Positions 46,926 to 61,530 of a stretch of DNA of 64,000 nt are shown here, in pieces. The notes under the pieces were generated by a model that saw only the letters and a program-made list of their open reading frames with translations, made no database searches and was not told the DNA's origin. Position 1 is the first letter of the stretch. Each line of letters begins with the position of its first letter. The position numbers and the translations under genes were made by a program. The DNA comes from Tubulanus polymorphus (taxonomy: Eukaryota > Animalia > Nemertea): NCBI RefSeq assembly GCF_964204645.1, contig NC_134032.1, forward strand, positions 1,980,416 to 2,044,415, written 5' to 3'.

Positions 46926-49900
46926 TAAAAAGAAAATCTACTCCCAAGTCGAGGTTTCTGACTCGGACTTTTTCAAATTCAGACTTTTCAGACTTCGGAT
47001 GATTTTTCTTGGTCCCGTAAGATCCGACTTGTGCAAGGTTTACCTCACACGCACAGTATAGGTACTCGCAAATACTGACGACTCTTTGTGATAATGCGAT
47101 GATTTATCTCGTGACGACGATACCACTTATGCATTTTTCAATTTTTGTAGAATTCGTTGTCAATTTTTCCATTAGAAAATAAGACTATATCGTATTTATC
47201 GTATTTACCGTATATACCCTAGTAATTTAGTTACCGTAGTTATCTTATAATTCAAACAGTGAATGAGCAGGTCTTATTCAAAACACATTTATATATATAT
47301 ATATATATGTAGTAAGTACTTATCGCCATCAGTTAATCACTCTGTGAAAAAGGTACATTTTCAGTTTTGGTGAAGGAAGTGAATATAAATTGTTGAAAAT
47401 CATTTTAGAATTGAGTCTGGAGAAATTGTTTTCCTGCTGCCAGTGATGATCTGTTGGAAAATTCATTTTTATTTTAGGAAATCTCGAACACAAAGTCTTT
47501 TTTACTTGTCAAAGAAAAATAGGGTGCACCCTTCAACCTTAACCTCAGGTCAGCCACTGCCTCTAGGCAATGAATTTAGCATCAAAATGTCAACATTCAG
47601 GGGCTGCAGTTGTTCAGGACCCAGTTCAAAATCCACAGTTCTGTGTTGAGATTTGAATCAGAGTTAAGTCACTGAAATTGAACTAATTTTAACTGTAAGT
47701 TAGCTCTAACACACAACTGTGGAACTGGGTTCTGGTAGATAGATACATACCATGGTCACACTGAAATTTTACTTGTCACTATATCAACTATCCACTGGTT
47801 AACTCTAACCAACTTTTCAGCAACTACAGCCCCTGATAAATACTATAGTAACAATGAACTTTTAATTGTCGCTATATCAACTATCCATTGGTTAAATCTT
47901 TCCAACTTTTCAGCAACTGCAGCTCCAAGAATCCATATTTGTTGTCAGCTGACAAGATTTAGTGCAAAGCGCTCCCGTTGCAAGTTGTGACCCTAAAATA
48001 CATATATTATATATGTGTACGGTGGGCTGGATATAAGTTCGTCCTCATATGCCGGGGCGTCCCCAGCTGAAACTTGGAAACTTTGGTGGTTCCTTAAACA
48101 GTGGATCTTTGAGCTAAACCTTAAATGATATGAATGTATTTCATATAAAAATCGAATTCACGCTGACCGAAACTTCGGGGTTCGAACAGCTTAAACCGTT
48201 CCGCTAAGGTTCCCTCAACTGTTAAACTGTGCACACTTGAGTTGAGTCTGTATTTTGTAAAATTCAATGTTAAATGTTTATTTTATCAATATATAATGTA
48301 TGTACAAAAAAAAAACTTAAAAAAGCTGGTCTTGAATTTTGTCGAGGAATCTCTGAGGCTGAATAACAAAATCGTATGAATATCGCGCGGGAGATTGTGT
48401 TTGAATAGTGAATAGTTTCAGCGAGACAAATGCGTGTAATCTATGAAGATTTGTTCTACAATGAAATATTTTTAATTCGACGGAACGATTAGAAATACTA
48501 GAATTGCTGAGCGCTCGCGAAGTTTCCGCAAAAATTAGAAAAAAAAATAAAATTTTTTACTCTTTCACGAAAAACTTGTGGTTTATTAATTCGTAATTTT
48601 GTCGGTGATTGAAATTAAAATATCATTGTTTTCTTTTGGTCTGAAGACGAAGCGACTATTTTTGTCAGGAATGGCTGCCCATACATTTGGCATCAACTCG
48701 CAATACTTGCATTCCGCTGACAGAAGAGATCTATTAAAAATAGACTGGTTGCCTGTCCCATTCAATATGGGACAGGTTTTGCCCGTCCGCCATCTTCCGC
48801 GGAATTTACGGATCAGATTTCAGTATTTCATCACGTGAACAATGTAACATGGCCACGTTACACAGTGTCTAGATTTACGTTCCATGGACCTCTTTAAAGT
48901 CATTTTTTACATCAATGAAGAAAGAAATTCCGTTAAAACTGCCAGGCAGCGCTTCTGCAGGCACTTGTTTAGCGTGTGGTCCCGAAAATAGGTGCGAGGG
49001 TTGGTGCGCCGTGTGGTTGAGTCTAGCGATGCCATTAGGTTCGAATCCTCCCACGACAGGATGCCATCCAGTCTGCTTGTCGACGCAGGTCCGCCCGATG
49101 ACGCTATTTTTTGTAAACACAAGCTTCCAAACATCATTCGTGGCCAAATTGTAGGAAAACGAAGCAAAATATTCTGAGGACCCTGTGATCTCGGCCATTT
49201 CCAACCCGAAATGGAATTGCGTCTAATTTTCAAAGGAGTTCTTTGGGAACACTCACAGCACCCTTGGATGTTACAAAACTATGCACCTAGGCGTGCCGAA
49301 TAACCAGTTATACATTTTCATGAAACTCAAATGATAATGTGCCCTTTTCGAACACAAGATCCATATATGGTTTAATGCAAGGCCGGTAGCTGGCCATAAA
49401 CTCTATACCGATATCTTTATTCGTCGCTCGATCGCGAATCAATCAAGCTTTATGACTGGTTTTACTGGCGGACTAGGTAGTGTTATTTATACAGCAGAGC
49501 GGTCGGTTTGACGCGCAGCGAGTCAGTGACAAGGACGCGCGCGCGATATTGGTTCTGGGACTGGTTGTCAGGACAAGCAGTAACGTCTCCACGCGTGGCG
49601 TCTCTCTCTGATAAAAGGCCAAAGAAGTTGTCGACGGTATCAAAAATTAGTCACCGGAGTATAGCAACCTGTAAAAACACCGTCTTTCATTCGTTGGAGA
49701 TAGATTCAAGAACTCGGAATTCAGTTCAGGTGTTTCAGATCCGGTTCGATTTACTATTAACTGCTGAAGCGACTCGGGATTAGAAAAAAAATATTACATT
49801 ACAATGGACTTTGCACTTTGTGAGGCCAAAAATTTGGTACGTATTCGGTTGAAAAATGATACCGTGTTTCTGCTAATCAGTCGGGTCGTGTTGTTAAGTG

Positions 49901-51357
49901 CAATAAAAATTTATAATCAGTTAATTTCTATAACGGCCGGGTCTGTTATGGTAAAATTGATCACGATTTAAAAAAAAAAGAGTAATGCCGATATGTGTCT
50001 TCCATTAATACAGGGTCTTTAGGTAGTGATTCAACCCGGTCAATTGCCTTTCTTAATAAAACAAGATTCCCCTTAGTGTCGAATGAAATTACATAAATCG
50101 GTTTTTTAGAGGCTAAACAAAAATGATACCTGGTCACAAAATGAATCTAAATGTTTGTGAAGTCGACACTGATTCGATACTAAAGGCAAGACAGACTCTC
50201 ACTCGGTAAAGGTGAGACTATTTCACCAGTTAGCGTCGAATATAAACGGTATTGCGTAAGAGGTAATACACCAGTATAGGCTATAGACTCGTTTGACTTT
50301 TGAGATTGGTAACAAATTCAACCGCTATACACCCGTTCGTTATTTGAAATATCCACTATAACATTGGCTGGAAATGTCTCTAAGACGCTTGAAATTTTAA
50401 GAATTTTTTTAGGTAGAAATCCCACCAAACCCCGCACGCAGCTTCGCGCCTGTTCCGCCGTATCTGAAATACGCACCCACCTGCGCCGCACGGGCCCGCC
50501 CGCGTAGACTTTTGGAAAGCGTAGGGTAATTCTTCATCGTCTCGTTAAATAGAACATTCCCAACTGAGTTAAGCGGTTTAGACTGCAGGTAGCCGACAGT
50601 CCATATTACACTTTAATTAATTTATTTAGGACACGCGTCGGTCAGCAAATTATGTTTTGTCGCTTAACGGTCTTAAGCCGAAAGCACGGATTTTATACTC
50701 TGGTGAACATAGCCGACAAACCGTGTTAAACGCGACCTCTTGTGACTATAAACACAACAAGCCCTAAATGAATTCATAATTGTGTGGCTTCTGATATTGT
50801 ATGTTCACGTGCCAGGCCTATGCATGTATTTTATATAGGACTCTGCAGTCCCCGTAACCGGTCACATTAAGGTGAGTGGTTAAATGCATGTCTTGCGAGT
50901 GTGTACGGTAGTGAATATCTCTCCCTAATGATGAATGAGACAGTTAGTTGGGGCCCCCGACAACTATTTCCACAGACCTTCCCGATTGTTGGAAATGATA
51001 TATAAACCGTACTTAATTATTCTTCTCCGTTCAATAGTCAAAACATTGGCCAGGTCTGATTATGTGGACAACTACTAGGAGCCGAAATTCTTAGATCGAA
51101 ATTATGGGTTTATTGCCTTAAAGCCTGGAGTGGGCGCATGAAAACCCTGTAGCTGCTAAACCGTGGTTAGTAAACTGTGGTTAGGCGTAAAAGGGCGCAG
51201 GGAAACGCTGTTAGCTATTCATTGTCTTCGTTCAGCCTCTTATTTCAAGCCGGTTAGCCTAACCACGGATAAGCCACTAACCACGGTTAGGCTAACAAGG
51301 TTTTCCTGCGCCCGCCCTGGCCGTGGGATGGGCTGTTTCAGTGGGGTATAAGCTATA

Positions 51358-51391
<34 letters not shown>

Positions 51392-51785
51392 ATTGTGGCA
51401 TTAGGACTGGAACTAGCTTAACCCGGCCCGGCCTAGCCCGCGGCCTGGACTTGCTGGTTTCTTATCTTGACTCCCTCCCTCTCAATCCCTCTCTCATTCT
51501 CATCGAAATCCGGATCCGATTCAAACACAAATTACTAGTGATTAATCTCATTCATTAGAGCCGCCCGTGTTCCATTCATCCGTCCTATCATTATCCATCA
51601 CTCGCACCATGGATAATCACACCTGCCTCCTCCTCCATATCGACTCAACTCGCTGAGCTGCTGCTGCTGCTGCTGCTGCTACCAGTGCGGCTGCTATGGA
51701 CACGCCAATTCCCGCTGATGATAAAAGTTACCGATAAAAAATCGACCAGCGAATGGTTCTATCTATACGGGTATCAAACCCCTAA

Positions 51786-52143
51786 AGCCTAGCGCACATC
51801 GACACTGCGATTGGAGACAACTAGTTGCTACCGAACGATTACCCCGCGCACATCGAAATCTAGTTACAACTGGTCAGTTGCAGCAACTGCATGGCGCGTG
51901 TCGATCATCGAGATCCAGAGCGCGCACATCGACGGATATGACTGCGATTGAGTACAACCAGTTGCTCAAAAGTAGAACATGGGCAACTGGCTGGAACTGG
52001 AGATAGATCGACGCTTACCGATCGTAAGCTCGCTCACATCGACACATTCAAGCAACTGATCGTATCCAGCCAGTTCCTCTCATGCGCCGAAAACTGCCTT
52101 GCAACTAGTTGTCTCCAATCGCAGTGTCGATGTGCGCTAGGCT
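51786..52143. mobile_element. PIF/Harbinger MITE (family D)
   Basis: Same TIR; flanks TAA/TTA. Confidence 0.85.
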
Positions 52144-55100
52144 TTATAACGTAAGCAAATCGCATTCGTGGATCCTCGGTTATGAGAAGTGACAATGAAG
52201 TACCACGGGATTCGAACCCGGGTCTCGTATAGATAGCAAGCGCGCTAGCCAGTAGACCAATATAACTAGTCCACCTGGCCAGTGGTTATACAGCTTCTCG
52301 TATATGCGTAACATCTTTTTGAGATCTTTTTTAGATCTTAATTCCACAAAGATACGAATTTACCATATTTTTCCAGTATCAAAATCGATGTATATTTCGT
52401 GCCACAAGAACGATGGATATAGGGGTAGACGGACAGTCCTCAGAAATGAGAGAATTTGCGACCTTTCTACCATGTATTCTTATAGGCCTAATACACGTAT
52501 AGCTACCTACTAACAAAGAAACTCGTATTGTTTTGTATATGTAATTTGATTATTTACTCCCACGTCGCCCGTCAGACGACAAGATATATTTGAAGAAAAA
52601 AAAACTACTATAAATTCCTTCACACATAAATCACATACAAAGAGATAGATATGATTATAAATATGAATATGTTTATCGTAAGATGAGTTAAAAAATCTCC
52701 TGTTCACAAAGAGGAACACGCTGGAGGGTGGGAAAGTTTAGAGAAAGGCGTTTTGTTTGAAACGCGAGTTTAAACGTCAACTCAATGCGCAATAACTTTC
52801 GGATTTATGAGGCAGCACGCGTGACAAAAATAGGACAATTTCGGTATAAAAATTGACAGCGTTCGCGAAAGACTATGATTAAATTCCTATCGACTGCTTT
52901 TCTTGTCTTGGTTTATTAGAAACGTTGTACGCTTAAAAATAATTATTTTCTTTTTTTTAAGTTTTAAAATTCTCCGTAGAATTTCAGAAACATTTTGCTG
53001 GTAATCTTAGACATATTTAGTTCACTAAATCTTGATATTCATACGTTTTAAATCATTTTTTAAAGTCTTTCAATTCTTAATTGAACCCTGACTCTTTGTC
53101 AATTGTAATTTGGTTATTTTACTTTGTATTTCGTAAGGGTTCCTTTTCAATTCCTATTTACACAACTGTAGAACAAAGCCTTAACCGTTTGACAATAAAA
53201 ATAGAATTCTAATAGCTTTTGAAAAAACGTCGTCAAAAGTATTGTTTCAAAATCTTCAAAAGATTGAAAAAATTGTTCGCTTTTTTCATATACGAAAAAT
53301 CCTTCCAATTTGTACGAAAAAAGCCCTGAAAATGTAGAACAGTTTGGAAGGATAAGAATGGAAACATGTTTCAGATTTTTTCTAATTTCGTTAAATTCAA
53401 ACTCATTTTTGTCGTCGTCGTTGTTGTTGAGAACAGAGAATTCATTCTCATTTTCTGAGTCGCAGGCCTACGACACACGCTGCAAATGTGTGCTGAAGAA
53501 ATTTCATATTTCACAAGCCCTTTACTGCATTAACGCGCTATCAGGTTTAACGAACTACGTTCTATAAATAGTCGACGGTAAAGAGTAGATCAGTGGGCTA
53601 GGGGGTAGCTTCATTCATAAAGGCACCGGGATCTATTCTAGTTCGGAGAGACTTTTATAATAAAGAGGGCCAAAAAATTGGGGCGACCATTAAATTTGCT
53701 TCGGCAAATCACTAAAACAAACAAAGCGACACAATCGCTTAAAGCTTTTTTTTATAAAGCGGGTTCCACAACGTGTGGTAGGATATGTTTAGAAAGCGAA
53801 GAATCGATTTACAAATCTGACAGAAAATAATTCACCCAGTTATAGAGACCTATTTCGTGTTCGAAAACTGAAAACTTGTTTTAGAATAAGTGCGTCCGTA
53901 GTCAATACGTGTTTGTGTACAATATGTCTTTATACACCATTGAAATATAGAGCGTGTTTTCTGTTTTGCGCCGAAAGAACCTTTTTTTCTAAATGACATT
54001 TGAATAAACACCGTTACAAATCACGCGTGACAAAAGTTACTTTCGTTTGAATTCTCGTAACGGTCTATTCGAAATTTCTTTGCAAGATTTCGGGGATTTA
54101 TATGTTCGAATTCTTGAACAAGCCCACCGGTAATTAGGGCCAGTTCAATATGGTTTGAATAATATGACTTTGGTGGTCACAGTTCTGAGTTTATTTGATT
54201 CTGGATTCAGTTAAGTACACAGTTTTGTGGGTCTGACTCAGAACCAAGTTTTTCAATTGATCGGGATTACAATTTCATAAGGTATTATTTGACGCTGGAT
54301 CCAGTTACACAGTTTTGGGTTCGAAACAGAACCCAGTTTCAATATTTTATGGGCAATTGATTTTTGACCCAGTTCCTCAGTTTTGTAGGTTAAACCCGAC
54401 CCAGCACCCAGTTTCCACGACTGTTTTGGTTACTTTAGATTCTGGATGGTCCATTGTCATTCAAATATGATTCTTCTTAGATTTGAAATTATAGTCCATT
54501 TTAAATGTTTTCAACCAGCGTTAAATTCGTACTATGATCCACAAGTTGTAATTTGACTTAGAATTGCTTTAACCATTGATTTGAAATTAGCTAATTTTGC
54601 CAGTCAAACCTTATGGAACTGGGTCCATCACGAATCATGAATAGACGATTTGCTTTGAATTTCATTAATATCCGGTCGCCTCTATGCGTGATTGCATATA
54701 AATGCGTATACATAACATATGAATTAGGCATTTGGGGATATGGTATTACTTATGTAGGTCTGGTATTAATTAGTTGTTTTTCTATGGAGAGAATTTCAAA
54801 GGACTCCGGGAAAAAACTGCTCGACGTAGAATTCGCGATGTCTCGCGATGTATGAGTTCATTGATCGGGCCAAACTATAATTGAACTCATAACTCTAGAA
54901 CTAGAAAAATTAAACCCGCACAACTGCAGCGGCAACAGGCTCGAGAACAACTCGATCCGTTAAAAACTGGTTTTATCAATTATGGAGTAAAAGAAAAACT
55001 ATCATCGTTGATTTACAAACATACGCGGTGTTTTTCTTGTGGCGCCTTAACCACTGATTACAAACCGGCCTTTTGACAATTACATGAACTGTCAATATGC

Positions 55101-55975
55101 GCGTATATGTTTTGTCCACATAAAAATCCGTCTAATAGAAATTAAATCCCGTGGCACTACAATGTATATACAGTTTATACAGTGTGTAGTGTATATGTAA
55201 AGTGTGTTAAACGTCCTACGCTAACAGAGTTGATCTATTGGTCATTTAACGTGATAAATACGTAAGCTGTAAATAAATACTAACTGCTGCCGTGGTTTAT
55301 TTTCGTTTGGGGAATTTGAATTCGAAACGACGAGAATTTGATTCACATTCTATTGCAATCGTTCGCCTAGTAGATGAATGGCTGCGGCCCCGGGGCCGGG
55401 AAGCAGATTGATACGGTTTAATCGGGCAGCCTAGGTAGTTAGTCAAGTTCGCCAGGTAACTTAATTCGTTTGTCGAAGCGCTTAAGCTGTCGGGAACTTG
55501 TCTGACAGTCGTTTCAAGATCTTTTCATATTCAACAGTGTTCATTTCTATAAGTTCAAGTTCGGAGTGCTCGGGTAACTTTGACTCTCTATATCGTGTTT
55601 GAGGCCAATCCAATTATTCGATTACCGATATATTCAAGTCCATAACAATATATGATTTATATTATATTGTTTATTTTCGACAATATCGAGCGATATATTC
55701 ATAATCTTTCAAGGCGTCAACATAGATTTTTCAAGTTAGTTTTCTAATTTATCTATATATGGGTTGATATGTTGCCTGCATACGTTCAGTTGTGTATTAA
55801 AGCAGCCCGTTTTCAAAACAGTTCTTTGTTTCGTGTATGGTGTTAGTGACGATTTTGGCGTATCTCATTAGTTCGATTTTGATGATTTTAAATTGTCGCG
55901 ATTCATATCGATTATTCTGGTTATATTGTATTTTGTAGATGTTGAAAGCGTTGATTGCTGGTTTGTGTTGACAGC

Positions 55976-56581
55976 ATGTTGACCGGAAGCAGAACTATCT
56001 CACCGTCGCTGCAACTTCACGCGGTTAAGACCGGCAATAAGAACCATCGCCACAAAAAACACCACCGCCCCGCGTTCAGCCGCGGTCTGACGGAGGAGAT
56101 CGCCAATCTAACTGAAGATAAAGGCAAACAAATCGTCATGCCTGGTAAGTCAACACCGAGGCCTCTTTTACAAATTACTTAATTTAGTCCGGCGCCCGGA
56201 ATCCTACCAAAAACCCATCGCGTTTTCATCGAACATCTTTTAAAAACATGTTTTTTTTGTAAATTCTGTCCTAATTTTCGATCAAATCATTTGTGAAAGA
56301 TAATAGTTTTATCAGTTTTTCCCATCGTTCGAAATTCGATTCAAACACGATTTTCTCCGGGAAAATACTGAAATGATGAAAACGTGCTTATGCTTCTCCC
56401 GGTCCCCTTCCATTTGAAAACGCCTACGACAGAAACAGATTGTTGCGGTTTATTTTTTTCCTTCGCCCTTCTATTTTTTTCTTGAAAGAATAAGCACTCC
56501 TAGTGATTTAGAATTGCCTAATAGATAAAAAACGATTGTTCCCTCCATAAATCCATAAATCCATTTTAATGTGTTAAAATG

Positions 56582-56651
<70 letters not shown>

Positions 56652-56717
56652 TATTATTTATTATTTATTATTTATTATCTATCATTTATTATTATTTATT
56701 ATTTATCATTATTATTA

Positions 56718-56774
<57 letters not shown>

Positions 56775-57842
56775 TATTATTTATTATTTATTATTTATTA
56801 TCTATCATTTATTATTATTTATTATTTATCATTATTATTAATTATTATTATTATTATTATTATTATTATTTCTATAATTATTATAATTTTTCAGGTGCAG
56901 TGACCTGTACAGCCTCTAGGCTTTCACTGCTTCCTTCATTTAACTGTTATTTCTCTTCACTATTGTCGTTATTATATCTTGTACTTTAAGTTAAATGAAA
57001 AATAAATTATTATCATTATCAATCACCATCAAAACATAGTCGGATTCGCACTTTTACAACGTGCGGCACGAAATTGTAATTCTAACCGAAACTGAATTTC
57101 TGTTTTTTTTCAGAAGCCGACGGCTGGAAGGAGTCGATTCGTCAACAGATCGAGGAGGACATTGACAGACGCGTCAGAGCGGCGCTGGAAACCCCGCCCC
57201 TCGAGCGACTGAAACGAAACCGCGAACGAGCTCAAGAGAGATACATGAAACAACTCGAAACTCTAAACTCGCACTTACAACTCGATCTAACCGATAAAGA
57301 GCGGGACTATATGCGCCATCGACGATACCGAATCCTCCACGACTCGCGCCGCAAAGACATGGACGACGCCGACGGATTTTCCGATACCGACACGCCAGGC
57401 GGCGCCACCGACGACGCTGAAATCTCCAGCTCGAAATTCAATTTTCTATTTTCGTCCGACGATCGATTCAAATCCGGCGCCGCCGCGACGGACGCCGGAA
57501 AAGACGATCTTAACAATAACAACTTCCGGGAAGGTATGCAGGGCTACTTCCGGAAAGGAGAGGACGCGATGCGGAATTTCGGAACGCTGACCGGACACGA
57601 GCGGCGCGAATTGTTCCATATTTTTACCAGAAAAGCTTTTAACGCGGCGCTGAAGTTGGGTAGAATGTCGGACGGTAGTTACCTGCAGTCGCTGCCCGGC
57701 GGCAAATACAGGGATAAATACGGTATAGTCAGAGACGCCCACGGGCCGTTCTGGCCCCACGATTACGGACCCCTCTACCCGACCCCTGAACACAAGCGAG
57801 CCTGCTTGAAAAAGTTGGAGCCACTCTCTCACTCGATAAAAG
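55976..57842 (+). CDS. Unidentified protein, two coding exons; continuation uncertain
   Basis: Exons 55976-56144 and 57114-57842 join in phase 1, with GC-rich coding-like composition and strong splice sites (ttttttttcag; g/gtaagt, g/gtgag). A possible short last exon is 59693-59718 (DSTNEEVN-stop). Confidence 0.7.
56584..56886. repeat. (ATT)n microsatellite with an internal duplication of about 120 bp
   Basis: Direct inspection. Confidence 0.95.
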
Positions 57843-58253
57843 GTGAGCGATCTTTTAAACGAAATACCTCTATGAATCTCGAAATGATATCATCGAATAA
57901 CCGTTAAATTCAAAATCATGCACTCGCTGAATAGAAGGTGACTGCCCCATAAAACAAACCTCTTATGACGTCGTCTGCTGTTGGTTTGACAGCTAAATTC
58001 TGATTGTTCATTTGATACTGAGAGGTTTTATCGCTCAGTTTTACAAACATGATTAAGGCCTAAATCGATTTAAGATAAACTAAATTAATGAAGAATTTAA
58101 ATCGATTTAAGAGTATACCTTTTTGTGAAACTGGGCCCTGGTTCTATCAAAAAGTATTCAAAAGGGCTACAGTGTTAACATTAACAGTAATTTGACTATT
58201 TCAAACTGACGTTGTATCTACCGTGGCAAGAAGCTGCTTGCTAAGGTTTGTAA

Positions 58254-58711
58254 AGCCTAGCGCACATCGACAAAGCGACTGGAGACAACTAGTTGCTAGT
58301 GAGCGAGTACCCCGCGCACATCGAAAATTTAGTAAAAACCAGCAACTACCTGGCTCATGCCGGTCGCTAGGTCTATAGCGCACACATCGACAGCAACTGA
58401 GATGTGGTCTAGCAAATATTCTTGAGGGCGTCACGTGACAAATAGCTTTGTTTTAGTCAGTTACAACCATGTGTTGTTGATTATGGAGCGCTCACATCGA
58501 CGGATATGAGAGCAACTGAGTACAACTAGTTGCTCAAAAATAGAACATGAGCAACTGGCTGGAACTGGAGATAGATGGACGCTAACCAGTCGTAAGCTCG
58601 CTCACATCGACAAATTCGAGCAACTGATTGTATCCAGCCAGTTGCTCTCATGCGCCGAAAACTGCCTGGCAACTAGTTGTCTCCAATCGCAGTGTCGATG
58701 TGCGCTAGGCT
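58254..58711. mobile_element. PIF/Harbinger MITE (family D), longer variant
   Basis: Same TIR, TAA TSD, extra internal segment. Confidence 0.85.
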
Positions 58712-59046
58712 TAAGACACGTTATTATCCACGTACAGATTGTGGTTAACGTCTGCATCGACTGCTTTGTTTTCACGAGCGGTACCGCAGGAAAACGCCAA
58801 AACTGGCCCGTAGATGGAAACTAGTAAAAAGCTGTTGCAAAATCTATCAGCTGGCTCTGAAGATTCTGGTCACTGTACATCCTGCTCTTAATTCAGTTGC
58901 TTCCTGCTTCCTGCTAGTGAAGTTAGGGTGAAATGACGTGCCCTCGCCGGGAGTCGAACCCGGGTGTTGTACGTAGAAAGCAAGCGTGCTAACGAATAGA
59001 CCAATTGAACTAGTATAGCCCGCTCGGCCAGTGGTCATACAGATCG

Positions 59047-59387
59047 CATCCTCCCTCACTGCAGGGACTCGAACCTGATGGCATCGCTACACTCAGCCAC
59101 GGCACGAACCCCTGCATCAGTAGACCGGGTGCGCAGGTACATGCGCAGCTTTCCGAACGAAAACTGGCGGCACCAATCAGATTGCTCGTTGTATAATCGT
59201 TGATGCAAATTTCAAGGATGAACTATAAATGGGAAAACCCGGGCTAAAATAAAACGGGATTTCTGATTGGCAAAAAATCACATCATCTGAACTGCGCATG
59301 TATCTGCGCACACGGTCGATTATGGCAGGGTTTCGTGCCGTGGCAATCTCGATGCCATCAGGTTCGAATCCCTGCCGGGGGAGGATG
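59047..59387 (+). mobile_element. MITE family A, Mutator-like (9-bp TSD)
   Basis: Same TIRs; direct repeat TACAGATCG at 59038-59046 and 59388-59396. Confidence 0.9.
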
Positions 59388-61530
59388 TACAGATCGCCGT
59401 GTATGCGTAACATGCCCCCTAAACGTTTATGGAAACTTTTGTCGATACCTCTGCTGCAGAAAGGGCCACCTTCGGTTATCAGAGTTCGTCGACTATAGTC
59501 GAACTAAACGAAACCGAACGTCCGTTAGTCGGAACTATATTCCGGAAATAGTTCGAAAATCAAGCGCATTCGGTTATTAGTTCCGACCACTAGTCGACTA
59601 GATACGAAAACTGAAGTTGGCCAAGTCAGTCAGCAGCCGTTCATTGCAATCAATTTCAAATCAATTTGATAACGTATTTTTTGTTCATCCAGATAGCACA
59701 AACGAGGAAGTGAACTGACTGACTATGCCCACGGTACCAAGTTTACAGTGAATACATTTCATCTAGTCTAATATATACGGCAGCTGGTGTGGTGGGTTTG
59801 TAAGGGATACCAAATCAAAACAAAAACCAGACGAAATCTACCAATTAAATAAATAACAGGGTCAGTCCCTATTTGAAGATTGCGGTTTTTAAAATTCATT
59901 ATGCATATTGTCTAGAATACATGACACTTGGTGGGATCTCCTAGTGCGATGCCCTGAAGCCTAACTCAGCTCGCCCTAATCAGGTCGATGTCTGACTTAG
60001 GCTGTAGGCAGGTCGTCGCTGTCGTGACCGATAACCAAAAGATAATGAACACCCTTTTTGACCAAACGCAAACGCATTTATTTCTTACAATAGTCAAACA
60101 ACCGATTCAGTTAACAATACAAACAAAAATGATTTTTAATTAATCTAAGGTCTAATATCGTTTCGCCATGATCAGCAAAATATAGAAAAAATACGGATTC
60201 ACGGATTCAGTTCATGGATATCTTGATCAATTTCTAGTACAAGATCAGGATATCTGGCTATTGGCAACGCTCAGACTACAAGTTATTTAATTAAAGCACT
60301 TCGAAAATCTGATTTTCTAATAGCGCTAAAGGGACGAATGATCAATCTCTCATCTCTAAAATCTGCCTAAAGTTCGTATTATGGTCGTTATATAGACTTC
60401 GTTTGGACCAAGCTCTGACAAATATAACGCGACGGACATTCACATACACTACAACGACGACATGATAATAACAGCTCATGGATAGTTCCACAGTTGCGAG
60501 TTAAGAGTTAACTCTTGAGTTAAAGTTAGTTCATTTTGGATGAGTTAACTCAGAGTCAAAATCTTAACTCAGGATCCAGGAAGAAAGCCACTAAATATTT
60601 GGATGGATATATGAAAGCTGTGGGTACTGGAGTGTGTAATGGGTAGTGTAGTGTGATCTGTGTGCATTTTGGTGGCCAGCACACAGATCACATTGTTCAT
60701 TGGGGTTTAGTCTAGGACTCGCGAGATTTTCAACAACACGGAAGTAACGTGTAATAAATAATAATCAATAACATTTTAGAAATGGCCAGAATTTTAACTT
60801 AGGTTCTATCTCATTTTTATTTTACAATTGCGATTGGTATAATCTTTTTTGTAAACGGCCGTTAAGGCTTCATGTTTCGTCTGCAATTCACTGCAAATAG
60901 TTACGCAACTACGCACATTTCAGTGTTTTTGGCAGCGGTACACTCAATCGGCACCGTTCGTGACTAGCTTCACTGCGGAATTATCATTAATTAACATAGC
61001 CATATCACATCATCAACTTATATTGTGCCTTAAAACCCTAACAGCCGAAATAATTGAAATACACACACGATTTCTATCATTGAAAATTGAGAGAATGGCC
61101 GTGTTTGTGTTCTGCTGCTTCGCATAAATCCCGCGGGGTGGTGCCACCGCGCGGAGTGGGGCCGAAACGTCCAGTTCGACAGTTGTGAGTTAGAGTAAAC
61201 TCTTGAGATAAAGTTAGTTCATTTTCAGAGAGTTAACTCTTGAGTTAAATCTTAACTCACAACTGTGGAACTGGGTCCTGCGGATTGCATGATTAATAAC
61301 TGCTAACGCATCCGAACCAAGTGAGGTACACATATTTCCGGATATAGAAAATAAGTTAAACCGTAACACAATGACAGCGCCAGCTGAGAATAATCCTGAA
61401 ATCATCTTTGAAATATATTTATATAAACCTCAACCTCATAATCAAAAACACAAGTAATTAGAAACATCGTATCGAGTTGCGTGTGCGTAACAATCGTCTG
61501 CTGTGCTAAATACGTTACTTTTTCATGTTC

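Noticed and set aside
48875-49233. Overlapping 79-109 aa ORFs
   Set aside because: The central part is a diverged family A MITE arm, and the flanks show no recognisable domain or consistent splice model.
56571-56989. Poly-Ile and poly-Tyr ORFs
   Set aside because: (ATT)n microsatellite inside an intron.
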